A stretch of DNA of 64,000 nucleotides. It comes from Octopus sinensis. Lineage: Eukaryota. The position numbers and the translations under genes are program-made. The stretch is from assembly GCF_006345805.1 (NCBI RefSeq), contig NC_043005.1, positions 32,860,001 through 32,924,000 of the forward strand. The letters run 5' to 3'. Positions within the stretch are counted from its first letter, which is position 1. Each line of letters begins with the position of its first letter. This document shows positions 26,308-37,846 of the stretch, one piece after another. The notes under the pieces were generated by a model. It saw nothing but the letters and a program-made list of their open reading frames with translations. It had not been told where the DNA came from and did not search any database.

Positions 26308-27948
26308 TCGCACACCACACACACACACACACACACACACACCACACACACCACACACACACACTTGCAAACCACATAGGAAGAGTACATATTTCAGAAG
26401 AATGAGTGGAGAGATATGATGCAAAAAAGCAAAAAAAGATATAAAAGTAAATAAATTAAAATGAAGACGATGTGTTGGTAGACGTTTATTGACAGCTAAA
26501 AATGAGGTGTGTGTCCTTGACACACCAATGTACCGGTTCGGTCATGTTGATTTTGTTCTATATGCTGCATATTGCAACAGTTATCGCTTCTGTACAGGTG
26601 TGCAGAGCTCCCGTATATAAATACTGAAACAGCAGTGCAATGTTTACGATGCACACAGACATTTATTATTCATATGCGTGCATCTAAAAGTGTGTATAGC
26701 TATATATGCGTATATGTGGTAGTATATACATACATATATGTGTTTGTGTATGTGTATGTATGTATGTAGCGATTTGTATGCACGAAATATATGAGAGGTG
26801 GAGAAATATTAGTTGATATGATTTTTATTTGTTCGTTACTATATAAGAAACAATTTCTTCGAGTTGTTGTACACAGATTATTTGCAGTTCTGTTATCCGT
26901 TTTGTAGGTAGTTAAGTTCATCTGTGAGTGACAGTTAGAAGACGGATGGAAGGAGAGAGAAAGAGGAAAAGAATTTAGCCAACTGGGTTGAAAATTAGAG
27001 AGTATAAAAGTTGTGTAGTCATGCTGTGACAAGCTATACGGAAAGTGTTCCTTTTGGCCCGGAGCCAAGCGATAGAAGCGAAACAGCAAGAACTGGATTT
27101 GGGTACTGTATTCATACATATTTTAAAGCTGGATGTAGGTCAGAGAACAATGGAAAGTAATGGGTTAATCTCTTTTGAGCCGTATTTAACACAAGAATAT
27201 TCACTTAAACAATAGAACTTATCTAAGTTTGAGTTAACCCTCATAAATTTCCAAATGCTAATGTCGAGAACAATAGGATGGATCTCAAAAATTTTGGTTA
27301 AGGTTTCGATTCTTGGCTAAGAATCCAAGAAGGCATTCGCTATATGTGTGTGTGTGTGTATAAACTTGTTACGAGTTGAAATAAAATTGAGACATATTCG
27401 GACACGTAAGACGGTCATTCACTGCATTTTGTCATGGAGAAATATTCTCGCTGTAGACTAAAAGGTAACGCACCTAGTCAGTTCGAAGTGCCGTCTATCT
27501 AGATCGAACACAGGAAAAAGAAGCAACTCTGAGCTGATTAAGTGACTAAGTTTCTCTTAGAATATATATGGTCTTTATCTATATTATAATGACTGAAGAG
27601 GTGCGGGACTTCTTTGAAGAAATTATAAATGAATATTAAAAATTTTTTTAACTATAAAGTTTATTTGGGATCTTTACCTTTTGACATCCAAATTTTAAAA
27701 AAACAATTTTTTGTTACTAAACACTTTCAAACTTCGGACACTTGTAGAATGGGTCATATAAAACGTGTTTTACTCTTAGCATTTTTGAGAAAAACTTATA
27801 TTTACTTAGTTATTTCACCTTAAATTCTCGTATTTCGGTAATTTCAACCAATCAATGACGTGTATTCAGCTGAATAAAATTACTGCTGTTGTTTGTCAAC
27901 AAGAACTTCCGGCGGTATATATTTCGTTTGTCACTGTTATTTATGACA

Positions 27949-28260
27949 ACCCTAACCCTAAAACCTTAACCCAAAACCTAACCCTAAGACCCAAACCCTA
28001 ACCCTAAAACCCAAACCCTAATCCTAAAGCCCTAACCCTAACACCCTAACCATAAAACCCTAACCCTAACCCTAAAACCATAACCCTAACCATAACCCTA
28101 AAACCCTAACCCTAAAACCATAACCCTAACCATAACCCTAAAACCCTAACCCTAACCCTACAAACCTAACCCTAACTCTAAAACCCTAACCCTAACCCTA
28201 AAACCCTAACCCTAACCCTACAAACCTAACCCTAACCCTAACCTAAAACCTTAAAACCAA
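27949..28260 (-). repeat. Interstitial degenerate telomere-like (TTAGGG)n array
   Basis: CCCTAA units interspersed with CCCTAAAA, CCATAA and CCCAAA variants. Confidence 0.9.
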
Positions 28261-29261
28261 TACAAACCAGTACAAACCCTGCCTTCTTAATATGCTGCAA
28301 ATCCCTTATTTTCGTTCGGAAAAAAGGGGTGGGGCGAGCCCCCCCCCCCAATCTCGGAACCATTGGGAATTTTTTTTTTTTTCGTTGAATGAATTCCTGT
28401 GACCTCCTAATATGCTACAAAACCCTTTTTGGGTCCGAAAAACGGGGTGATGGGAGGTGGAAGCCTCGGAAATTTTACGCACTCCCAACATCTTACAGAA
28501 ACAAATTTTCCAGAGTGTGAATTACATGGTTCGTTATTAAATATATATATAGTTCTATATTTAAGAAATGAGGAATTATGAACATTATTTACATTATTTA
28601 TATTCGACCGATATTGTATCTATAATTTATTTTAAGCCGAAACATAATACGAGCCTTGTACAAACGAAAGAACAAGAATGTCCTCTGGAACTTTTATCTT
28701 CCACCGGTGTTTGTAATCGATGGTGACATGTGCGATGATTTTGCGACTATCTTATATTTTACAGAGAAATTGGAAGCCCGAATGTAAGCCACCACATAAT
28801 GGATAATACAATATTTATAGTTCTCTATTTTTAACTCAAATTCTGTCTTCAATGATTATAGATCTCTATTTCTAAATGTAATTCTTTTTCTTCTCGTTCA
28901 GTTTATAAATATAACACGCATTCTTGACAAAGTTTTTTTCTCAGGCGTTCAGCACTTCACCTCTTTAGGGTTAAACAGCCTTTACCGAATGTTTTCACTG
29001 TCCTGCTTTTGTTAGCAGCTTTGATGTTCCACGTATCTCAAATTTTATTTAATTTGCTTAGTTCTTAATATATAATAGAACCCAACCCAACCCAACCCGT
29101 GTATATATATATCTATATGTGTGTGTGTGTATCTATTTATGTGTGTGTGTGTATCTATCTATGTGTGTGTGTGTATCTATCTATCTGTGTGTGTATGTGT
29201 ATCTATCTGTGTGTGTGTGTATCTATCTGTGTGTGTGTGTGTGTGTGTGTGTGTATTACTA

Positions 29262-29450
29262 GTCGCCATGATAGATCGTTAGCCACTACACACATTTTTT
29301 CTCTCCTTGTTTTTTCTGTGTCCCTTTCTGTAGAAGAGTGTAGGTTCGAAAAGTAAAAGATTTTCCTATTCCGGAGCGTTGTACTAATACATCTGTTTGT
29401 TTTGTACACCACCTGTCTTCGTATTTTGGTTTTTCGTAAAATCTCCCTAT
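29262..29450 (+). mobile_element. Copy 2 of the short element with variant HHR-like core
   Basis: cttt CTGTAGAA gagt-gtag-gttc GAAA agT A^ aaag at 29324-29359. Confidence 0.65.
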
Positions 29451-29459
29451 ATATTATAT

Positions 29460-29558
<99 letters not shown>

Positions 29559-29643
29559 GTATATGTATATGTATGTATATATATGTATATGTATGTATAT
29601 GTATATGTATGTATATATATGTATATGTATGTATATGTATATG

Positions 29644-29682
<39 letters not shown>

Positions 29683-30007
29683 TTATATATACGTATGTAT
29701 ATATATGTATATGCATGTATATATATATATAATATGTATATGTATGTATATATATATATGTATATATGTATGTATGTATATATTATATATATGTATATGC
29801 ATGTATATATATATATATATTATATATATATATGTTATATATATATATATATGTATGTATATATAGATATGTATGTATATATATATATATATGTATGTAT
29901 GTATATATATATATGTATATATATATATATGTATGTATATATATATATGTATGTATATATATATATGTATGTATATATGTATGTATATATATATATGTAT
30001 GTATATA
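29450..30007. repeat. (TA/TATG)n low-complexity tract
   Basis: Direct reading of the sequence. Confidence 0.95.
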
Positions 30008-30253
30008 CAAGATAAGAAAATGGAGAAATACATCTAAATCAAATATAAATTACCAGATAATACTCAATCACATACTTTATTAAGCCACCACATAAGAGAC
30101 TGTAGGGTTAAACATAAAAAAGCAGAACAAATCAGTGTACATAAAGGAATGTACATAAAAAAGTGTACATAAAAGTGTGATGTTGTATAATAAGTAGAAT
30201 ATATATAAAAAAGAGAATATACATATAAGTAAATATAAACATAAGTATAGATT

Positions 30254-30372
30254 ACATCTTACAGCTGTTTCGGCCATGTAGATAAGTATGTCTCATTTTA
30301 CCAATATTGGCCTTTTATGGTAGATATAAATGAGACATTTACAAAAATATCATAAGGCCTCCTCGGAGATAT
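30254..30372 (-). ncRNA. Type I hammerhead with long stem II insertion (core U4->C)
   Basis: atatct CCGAGGA ggcc...atgtctcattt/aaatgagacat...ggcc GAAA cagctg TA^ agatgt; lies in a ~30008-30580 non-coding insertion. Confidence 0.75.
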
Positions 30373-30809
30373 ACATATACATATGAGTGCATATACTCAC
30401 ACTCCTATACATATAAAAGTATACATATACATAATAATGTAAATAAATAATATACATTAGTAAACATATATACGTTCCATATTCAATGTTTCAGTTCTTC
30501 AACTTAATATTGTGATAATAAACATACACATATTAGTACCTAGATGCAAATATACATAGTCAATAGTACATTATATTACTTATGTATGTATATATATATA
30601 TATATATATCTATATATATATATTATATATATAGAAAAGAAAGTTTGTTTGTGAAAGCACGTGGGTGAATATATAAGAAAATAGTAAAGAGTGAAAAAAC
30701 GACAGAAGGCTTAAATGTTAAAGAATATATATATTTGCGTCAATATGTCTGGAGAATATTGGAAAAATTTTTTTTCCCTTCTTATAATGACATGATTTTA
30801 TAATTTTTA

Positions 30810-30848
30810 AAGAAAGACCGGTTTCGCATTTAGCTCTTCAAATTTCTT
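30810..30848 (-). ncRNA. Minimal hammerhead in the inverted pLTR copy
   Basis: Reverse complement of 33619-33657. Confidence 0.7.
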
Positions 30849-31956
30849 GCGACGTAATGTTTATCTTTAATACCGTTATCCTTGTTTTTTTTGCTACGGA
30901 GAGTTCTAAATAAGGGAAGGTAGTGCGTGATTTCTTCTGGTGTAAGGGAGATAATCACTTAAAAATTTTTTTTCCTTTTTCTCTTAGTGTGAATTTCTCT
31001 GTATTATTATGTTTGGATAGTTGAGTCTGGGTTTGTACTTTTCAATGAAGAATGTTCCTTGTTTAGTCTAATTTGTGTTGATGACGAAAGCACATTGGTA
31101 AAATGGAAAGATTAAAAATTGTGGTAGTAGTTGCTTTGCGCATTTCTCAATGTGCTCACTAAAAGGTATCATTCTATATTCTGGGAATGCAATCTGTTGT
31201 CGATGCAGTGTGCATCTACGTCTGAGTGATAGTCCCGTGGACCCCACGTAGTCTTGGTGGCAGCCCGAGCATTTTATGACATAATTATGTTTTCAGAGGC
31301 ACAAGTAAAGTTAGATTTGATCTTGAATTTCTGTCCCTCTTTAAAGAAGAATTTGATCCTTCTAGTAGTTTAGGACATGTTGCACAGTTCGATCTACCAC
31401 ATTTTTTTCTTTTGCATCCGTAATTTCAGAAGATAATTTTGCCTTTGTGAGAATCTTTTTAAGTGATTTAGGCTGTTTGTAGCTTTTAATGATTTGGTGT
31501 ATGTTTAGAATTTCCTTTAATTTGGGGTTTTATGAAGTATTGGTAAATTCTGGGTGATGATGGTGAAAGCTTCTTTGTTCTGGGGTTGTATGTAGATATG
31601 TAAGGTAGTATTTTCGGGGAAGGTGTGTTGTTGTGTTGAACTTTTCTTAAAGTTCTATGTTGATTTCTGTTGCACGTCTGATCCCACTCTCTATGAGTTG
31701 AGCTGGGTAATGTCTGTCAATTAAGGTGTTTTTGAGTTCTTGCAGTCTGAAGTTCCTGGTATTTTGTTCTGACACTATTGTGCATATCCTTCTTGCAAGG
31801 TTGAAGGGGATGTTTGTTTTAGTGTGTCTTGGGTGGCATGAATTAAAGAGAAGGTATTGTTTGGCGTCTGTGGCTTTGTAGAAAATGTCTGTTTCTATTT
31901 TTAAGATTAATTTTTTTAATTAGTATATCTGTGAAACACATAGACTAAGTCTACTT

Positions 31957-33482
31957 ATGGACATCCTTCTGAAACCCTTCCTTAAACATATCGATAGCCA
32001 TATCAGAGATGACTTAGATATGTTAAACCACCTTCCAAAAAAAGCCAAGGAAGAAACAATCCTGGTTTCATTTGATGTAGTCAACTTGTATACCAGTATA
32101 CCTCATAATTATGGACTGGAGGCAATACAGTTCTGGTTAGACCAATTTCCGGAAGAAATACCAAAAAGGATCAGTAAAGAATTCATCACTAAATCAATTG
32201 AATTCATCCTACACAATAACCACTTCATGTTTGACAATACATTTTACCGTTAAAAATCCGGAATTGCTATGGGTACAAGGGCAGCACCAGTCATTGCGAA
32301 CTTAACAATGGGATACATGGAAATAATCATTTACCAGGAATCTTTATCAATCTTTGGAAACCCCCTCTCTCAATACATAAAAGAGAACTGGAAACGATTC
32401 TTGGACGATTGTTTTATTCTCTGGAATGAAAACACAGATAAACTCTTAAAATTTAAAAGCCTATTGAACAGCATAAACCCAAATATACAGTTCACAATGG
32501 AATACAACCAAAAGGAGCTCCCGTTCTTGGATATACTAATTAAAAAATTAACCTTAAAATAGAAACAGACATTTTCTACAAAGCCACAGACGCCAAACAA
32601 TACCTTCTCTTTAATTCATGCCACCCAAGACACACTAAAACAAACATCCCCTTCAACCTTGCAAGAAGGATATGCACAATAGTGTCAGAACAGAATACCA
32701 GGAACTTCAGACTGCAAGAACTCAAAAACACCTTAATTGACAGACATTACCCAGCTCAACTCATAGAGGATGGGATCAGACGTGCAACAGAAATCAACAT
32801 AGAAACTTTAAGAAAAGTTCAACACAACGACACACCTTCCCCGAAAATACTACCTTACATATCTACATACAACCCCAGAAACAAAGAAGCTTTCACCATC
32901 ATCACCCAGAATTTACCAATACTTCATAAAAACCCCAAATTAAAGGAAATTCTAAACATACACCAAATCATTAAAAGCTACAAACAGCCTAAATCACTTA
33001 AAAAGATTCTCACAAAGGCAAAATTATCTTCTGAAATTACGGATGCAAAAGTAAAAAAATGTGGTAGATCGAACTGTGCAACATGTCCTAACCTACTAGA
33101 AGGATCAGAATTCTTCTTTAAAGAGGGACAGAAATTCAAGATCAAATCTAACTTTACTTGTGCCTCTGAAAACATAATTTATGTCATAAAATGCTCGGGC
33201 TGCCACCAAGACTACGTGGGGTCCACGGGACTATCACTCAGACGTAGATGCACACTGCATCGACAACAGATTGCATTCCCAGAATATAGAATGATACCTT
33301 TTAGTGAGCACATTGAGAAATGCGCAAAGCAACTACTACCACAATTTTTAATCTTTCCATTTTACCAATGTGCTTTCGGATCATCAACACAAATTAGACT
33401 AAACAAGGAAACATTCTTCATTGAAAAGTACAAACCCAGACTCAACTATCCAAACATAATAATACAGAGAAATTCACACTAA
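31957..33482 (+). pseudogene. PLE RT + C-x4-C-x2-C linker + GIY-YIG endonuclease, 5'-truncated
   Basis: SFDVVNLYTSIP, GIAMG, RFLDD, LPFLD, CGRSNCATC, NIIYVIKCSGCHQDYVGST and KETFFI..Y.P.LN; one TAA (32251) and one homopolymer frameshift (~32545). Confidence 0.93.
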
Positions 33483-33618
33483 GAGAAAAAGGAAAAAAAA
33501 ATTTTTTAAGCGATTATCTCCCTTACACCGGAAGAAATCACGCACTACCTTCCCTTATTTAGAACACTCCGTAGCAAAAAAACAAGGATAACGGTATTAA
33601 AGATAAACATTACGTCGC

Positions 33619-33657
33619 AAGAAATTTGAAGAGCTAAATGCGAAACCGGTCTTTCTT
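33619..33657 (+). ncRNA. Minimal hammerhead, U3-G8 variant, in the PLE pLTR
   Basis: aagaaa t TTGAAGA gc-taaat-gc GAAA ccgg TC^ tttctt. Confidence 0.7.
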
Positions 33658-33790
33658 TAAAAATTATAAAATCATGTCATTATAAGAAGGGAAAAAAAAA
33701 ATTTTCCAATATTCTCCAGACATATTGACGCAAATATATATATTCTTTAACATTTAAGCCTTCTGTCGTTTTTTCACTCTTTACTATTTT

Positions 33791-33794
<4 letters not shown>

Positions 33795-33884
<90 letters not shown>

Positions 33885-33983
33885 GTATATATATATGTAT
33901 GTATGTATTATATGTATGTATGTATTATATATATGTATGTATGTATATATGTATGTATGTATATATATATGTATGTATATATA

Positions 33984-34016
<33 letters not shown>

Positions 34017-34061
34017 ATATATGTATGTATGTATATGTATGTATGTATGTATATATATATG

Positions 34062-34100
<39 letters not shown>

Positions 34101-34209
34101 GTATATATATATGTATGTATATATATATATGTATGTATATATATGCATGTATATGTATGTATGTATATGTATGTATGTATATGTATGTATGTATATATAT
34201 GCATGCATG

Positions 34210-34242
<33 letters not shown>

Positions 34243-34250
34243 GTATGTAC

Positions 34251-34301
<51 letters not shown>

Positions 34302-34303
34302 TG

Positions 34304-34354
<51 letters not shown>

Positions 34355-34368
34355 GTATATATATATAT
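33795..34368. repeat. (TA/TATG)n tract
   Basis: Direct reading of the sequence. Confidence 0.95.
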
Positions 34369-35074
34369 AAGTTGACATGGCCCGCAGAATGTGTTCCTGG
34401 ATTCTCAGAACTTTCCAGTCGAGAGATATCCACACCATTATCCTTCTCTTCTCCACTTTTGCCCGACCCCACCTTGAATACTGTTGTCCACTGTGGTCTC
34501 CCCACACAATACAAGGTATCATAAAAGTTGAAGCACCTCAAAGGGCAATCACAAAAAAGATAGATGGCATGACAGGCCTCGACTATTGGGGTCGACTAGA
34601 AAAGCTAAAACTCTATTCTCTCCAACGTCGTCGTGAGCGCTACATCATCTGCATGATGTGGAAAATATTCCATCAGCATTGCCCAAATGATGTTGGCATC
34701 ACCTTTAAGGTACATCCAAGGCTTGGGCCCCGTGTCATCCGCCCAAAACAAAAATCGCACTCTCATCGCATAACAACAATACGGCACAATTATTTCACCT
34801 CAATTGGCCCCGCTCTCTTTAACATTACACCAAAACACATTAAAAAAGAAACTGACCCTATAGGGTTCAAGAAGTCTTTGGACAGATTCCTTCAAGAAAT
34901 CCCGGATAAACCCGCTACACCCGGATATGTCTCTGTAAACAATAACTCTCTACTTGAGTGGGCCATAGTGCCCAAATTCTGACTTGAAAGACTTCACCAG
35001 GTGGTGCTATTAAGTTAGACATGGCCTGGGCCAATAATGGCCGAAACCTATCAAAGTATCAAAGTATCAAAGTA
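34369..35074 (+). mobile_element. CR1-like LINE 3' end with (TATCAAAG)n tail
   Basis: [20 protein letters not shown] and LYSLQRRRERY; ORF open 34377-34982; short 3' UTR ending in an 8-bp tandem tail. Confidence 0.9.
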
Positions 35075-35092
35075 TGTATATATATATGTATA

Positions 35093-35137
<45 letters not shown>

Positions 35138-35264
35138 ATATATATGTATGTATGTATATATATATATGTATGTCTATATATACGAATATGTATGTGCATA
35201 TATATATATATGTATGTGCATATGTATGTATATATGTATATACATCTATGTATATACATCTATC

Positions 35265-35306
<42 letters not shown>

Positions 35307-35307
<1 letters not shown>

Positions 35308-35495
35308 TACCCACCGGATGCTCCAAATCACATAGGCAAGTTTGAAGATTGCCTCACAAGAATTAAAGAAGTCCTCATGAATCTGGAACAGCACGTGGCC
35401 ATATTTCTTATGGGTGATTTCAACTTCCCCAACGTCAAATGGCCCGAAGGTCTCATCCTCTCAGGAATGAATCATTGCAATGAAGTACAGGTGGA
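35307..35495 (+). mobile_element. CR1-like APE endonuclease fragment
   Basis: YYPPD...[14 protein letters not shown]. Confidence 0.8.
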
Positions 35496-35500
35496 GTCCA

Positions 35501-35963
35501 AGTTATATCTTGATGTCGCTAGTGATAACAATACTCAAAATATGTAACAGACTGGAATTGTAGGCTCGTCTCTTGCAATTTCGTTCAATTGGATCTTGTC
35601 CTCCCTCTTGTATAGAAGTGTACGGTTGCAGCGAAATTCATTTCTGGACTTTCTTCTATCGAAGGCATTTTAACAAATATGCTTCTGTAAAGACGGTGAA
35701 AATATTGTGAATTTCCCCAAACAGGGACAAAATTCAATTTTTAAACAATAACCAAAGCCCCTTCTCCGAAAGGGGGAAAGTTACGGTTTACAATTATTTA
35801 ACAAATGCAACACAACAACGTTTCCCTGACGAGAAACCAACAAATGTGTTTACAAAAGTCAAACAGTAATAATAATAACAACAAACCTTTTTAATTTATC
35901 CCCATTTATGTGAAACCACTTATTCAGGTTCAAGTCATTGATGCAATTTCATACGAATTGCTA

Positions 35964-36024
<61 letters not shown>

Positions 36025-36166
36025 ATAAGGGTGAAAAACTGAATATTAATTTGATTAATATGAATTGAAAACCAGTGGTGTAGCATATAATACCATAGCG
36101 GATCTTCTAGCAAAATGGATGACCACAGTTAATGGTTCATCCCTGTTATATAATAGTTTCACTTTA
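35501..36166. repeat. Dispersed repeat, copy 2 of 14921-15540
   Basis: Colinear match; internal (CA)n expanded. Confidence 0.85.
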
Positions 36167-36959
36167 ATAGTTTTAATATTAAAGTGAATGTCTGCATTAC
36201 AATAGAGAGATGTTTTTGTTTCCCTTTTAACACGTAATACTGAAATAGTGGAGAAGATATGATATTGCTGTGGGGTCTCCCTAGGGAAAAAGTTAAAATG
36301 TTTTTTTCCGATGACACTCCCCAGACCTTAAGTAAGGCATATGTAAAATTTGAATGAAATTGGTTGTGTAGTTCTCAAGTTTTAGGGAAAAACACCGACA
36401 GACAGATAGATAGACACACATTCTCAGTTTTATATATATATTTATGCATGTATGCATGTGTATGTACGTCTGTGTATGATTGTGTATGTATATATGCGTG
36501 AATGCCTATACATGTGTGTGCTTTTTTTGTGTGTGTGTGTGCATGTGCATTTATATCATGTAGGAGTAGTTGAAGTGTCAACAACTGTATTTGTTTTCTC
36601 AATTTGGCTGCCTACATTGCTGTGTTAAACATACCTATGGCAATCTCATGCTATCCACTGCATCATTAATTTGTCAAAACATGAAACATTTGTTTGTGCA
36701 GTTACACTGCACTTTAACATGTAATCAGATGTCGTCAAACTCTCGCCACGACGCCGAAGCCGGGTATATCATCTTCATAGGTTTTATGCTGTGCAAAGCA
36801 TACGTTGGCCTGCTTCCTAGAAACACACTGTTGATATTCCCAAATATTTGCCCAGGCGTGTTACAACAACAAGAACAAGGGTGAAAAAATACAGAGAAAA
36901 CAATTACAATGTTCATAAGAGTATCATACCTGTTTGTGTAAAAATGTAAATTTTCTTTG

Positions 36960-36998
<39 letters not shown>

Positions 36999-37027
36999 CT
37001 GTATGTATTATACATATACGCATATAT

Positions 37028-37072
<45 letters not shown>

Positions 37073-37253
37073 CACGCATGCATATATTATCATCGGAGTG
37101 TTTAGCTGGCTGAAACTTCGAACTTACTGTCTACAACATTTTTGTATAAGAATAATAAATTTGTAATCTAAAAAGTATAGAGCAACCCATCAGATTAATG
37201 TAAAATTTTTGTTATAACTGAACTTAAAAACAAAATTAATGTGTGTATATATA

Positions 37254-37313
<60 letters not shown>

Positions 37314-37767
37314 CGTATTTGTAGCTGGTAGTTTTCAGAGAAGACTCCAGTACGTGATTGTTACGTTATTTTATCAGCTCTGAATGGATGAAAGCAAAGT
37401 TCCCCCCGGCAGGATTTGTGCTCAGAACGTAAAAATCCGGAAGAAATATCACGAAGCATGTTGCTCGACGCTCTAAAGATTCTGCTAAGTATATATTGTT
37501 ATATGTTCTATACAAAGAAAGAGAAGCGCAGTATATTGGGACGTATCAATATTTTTATTAACCAATATAATGAAATAATTATATACATTTATAAGCATAC
37601 AGTACACTTTTCCTATCCAGCCCCGCTACCAAAACTTATGGTCATCACTCACAAGCAAATGTAAGTTGTTGCAAGTAGCAGGCTATCATTAATTGCTTTG
37701 AATGACTGTGGACATAAGACAGATTTTTGGTGCTCGTTTTTTAAGTAATATCCAGAATATGATGTCG

Positions 37768-37846
<79 letters not shown>

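Larger units (their letters stand above)
30634..33794 (+). mobile_element. Penelope-like retroelement with ~1.3-kb inverted 3' duplication
   Basis: Plus-strand body 31931-33794; 30634-31930 is the reverse complement of ~32530 to the 3' end; flanked by (TA)n. Confidence 0.95.

Noticed and set aside
27585-27630. CTGAAGA...GAAA hammerhead candidate (also CTGACGA at ~15238 and ~35826)
   Set aside because: Stems I-III could not be closed convincingly.
29397-30083. Long Tyr/Ile/Met/Cys ORFs (also at 33.8-34.5k, 42k and 50k)
   Set aside because: (TA)/(TATG)n repeats lack stop codons; these are not genes.
31957-33482. Selenoprotein-type (Naiad) PLE recoding
   Set aside because: The interrupting stop is TAA, not TGA. 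The TGA in the 60.3k fragment falls at a position that is Ser, not Cys, in the 33k copy.
36600-36900. Possible host exon (complex, GC-richer sequence)
   Set aside because: No recognisable protein motif or convincing splice-site pair; it cannot be excluded without RNA-seq.
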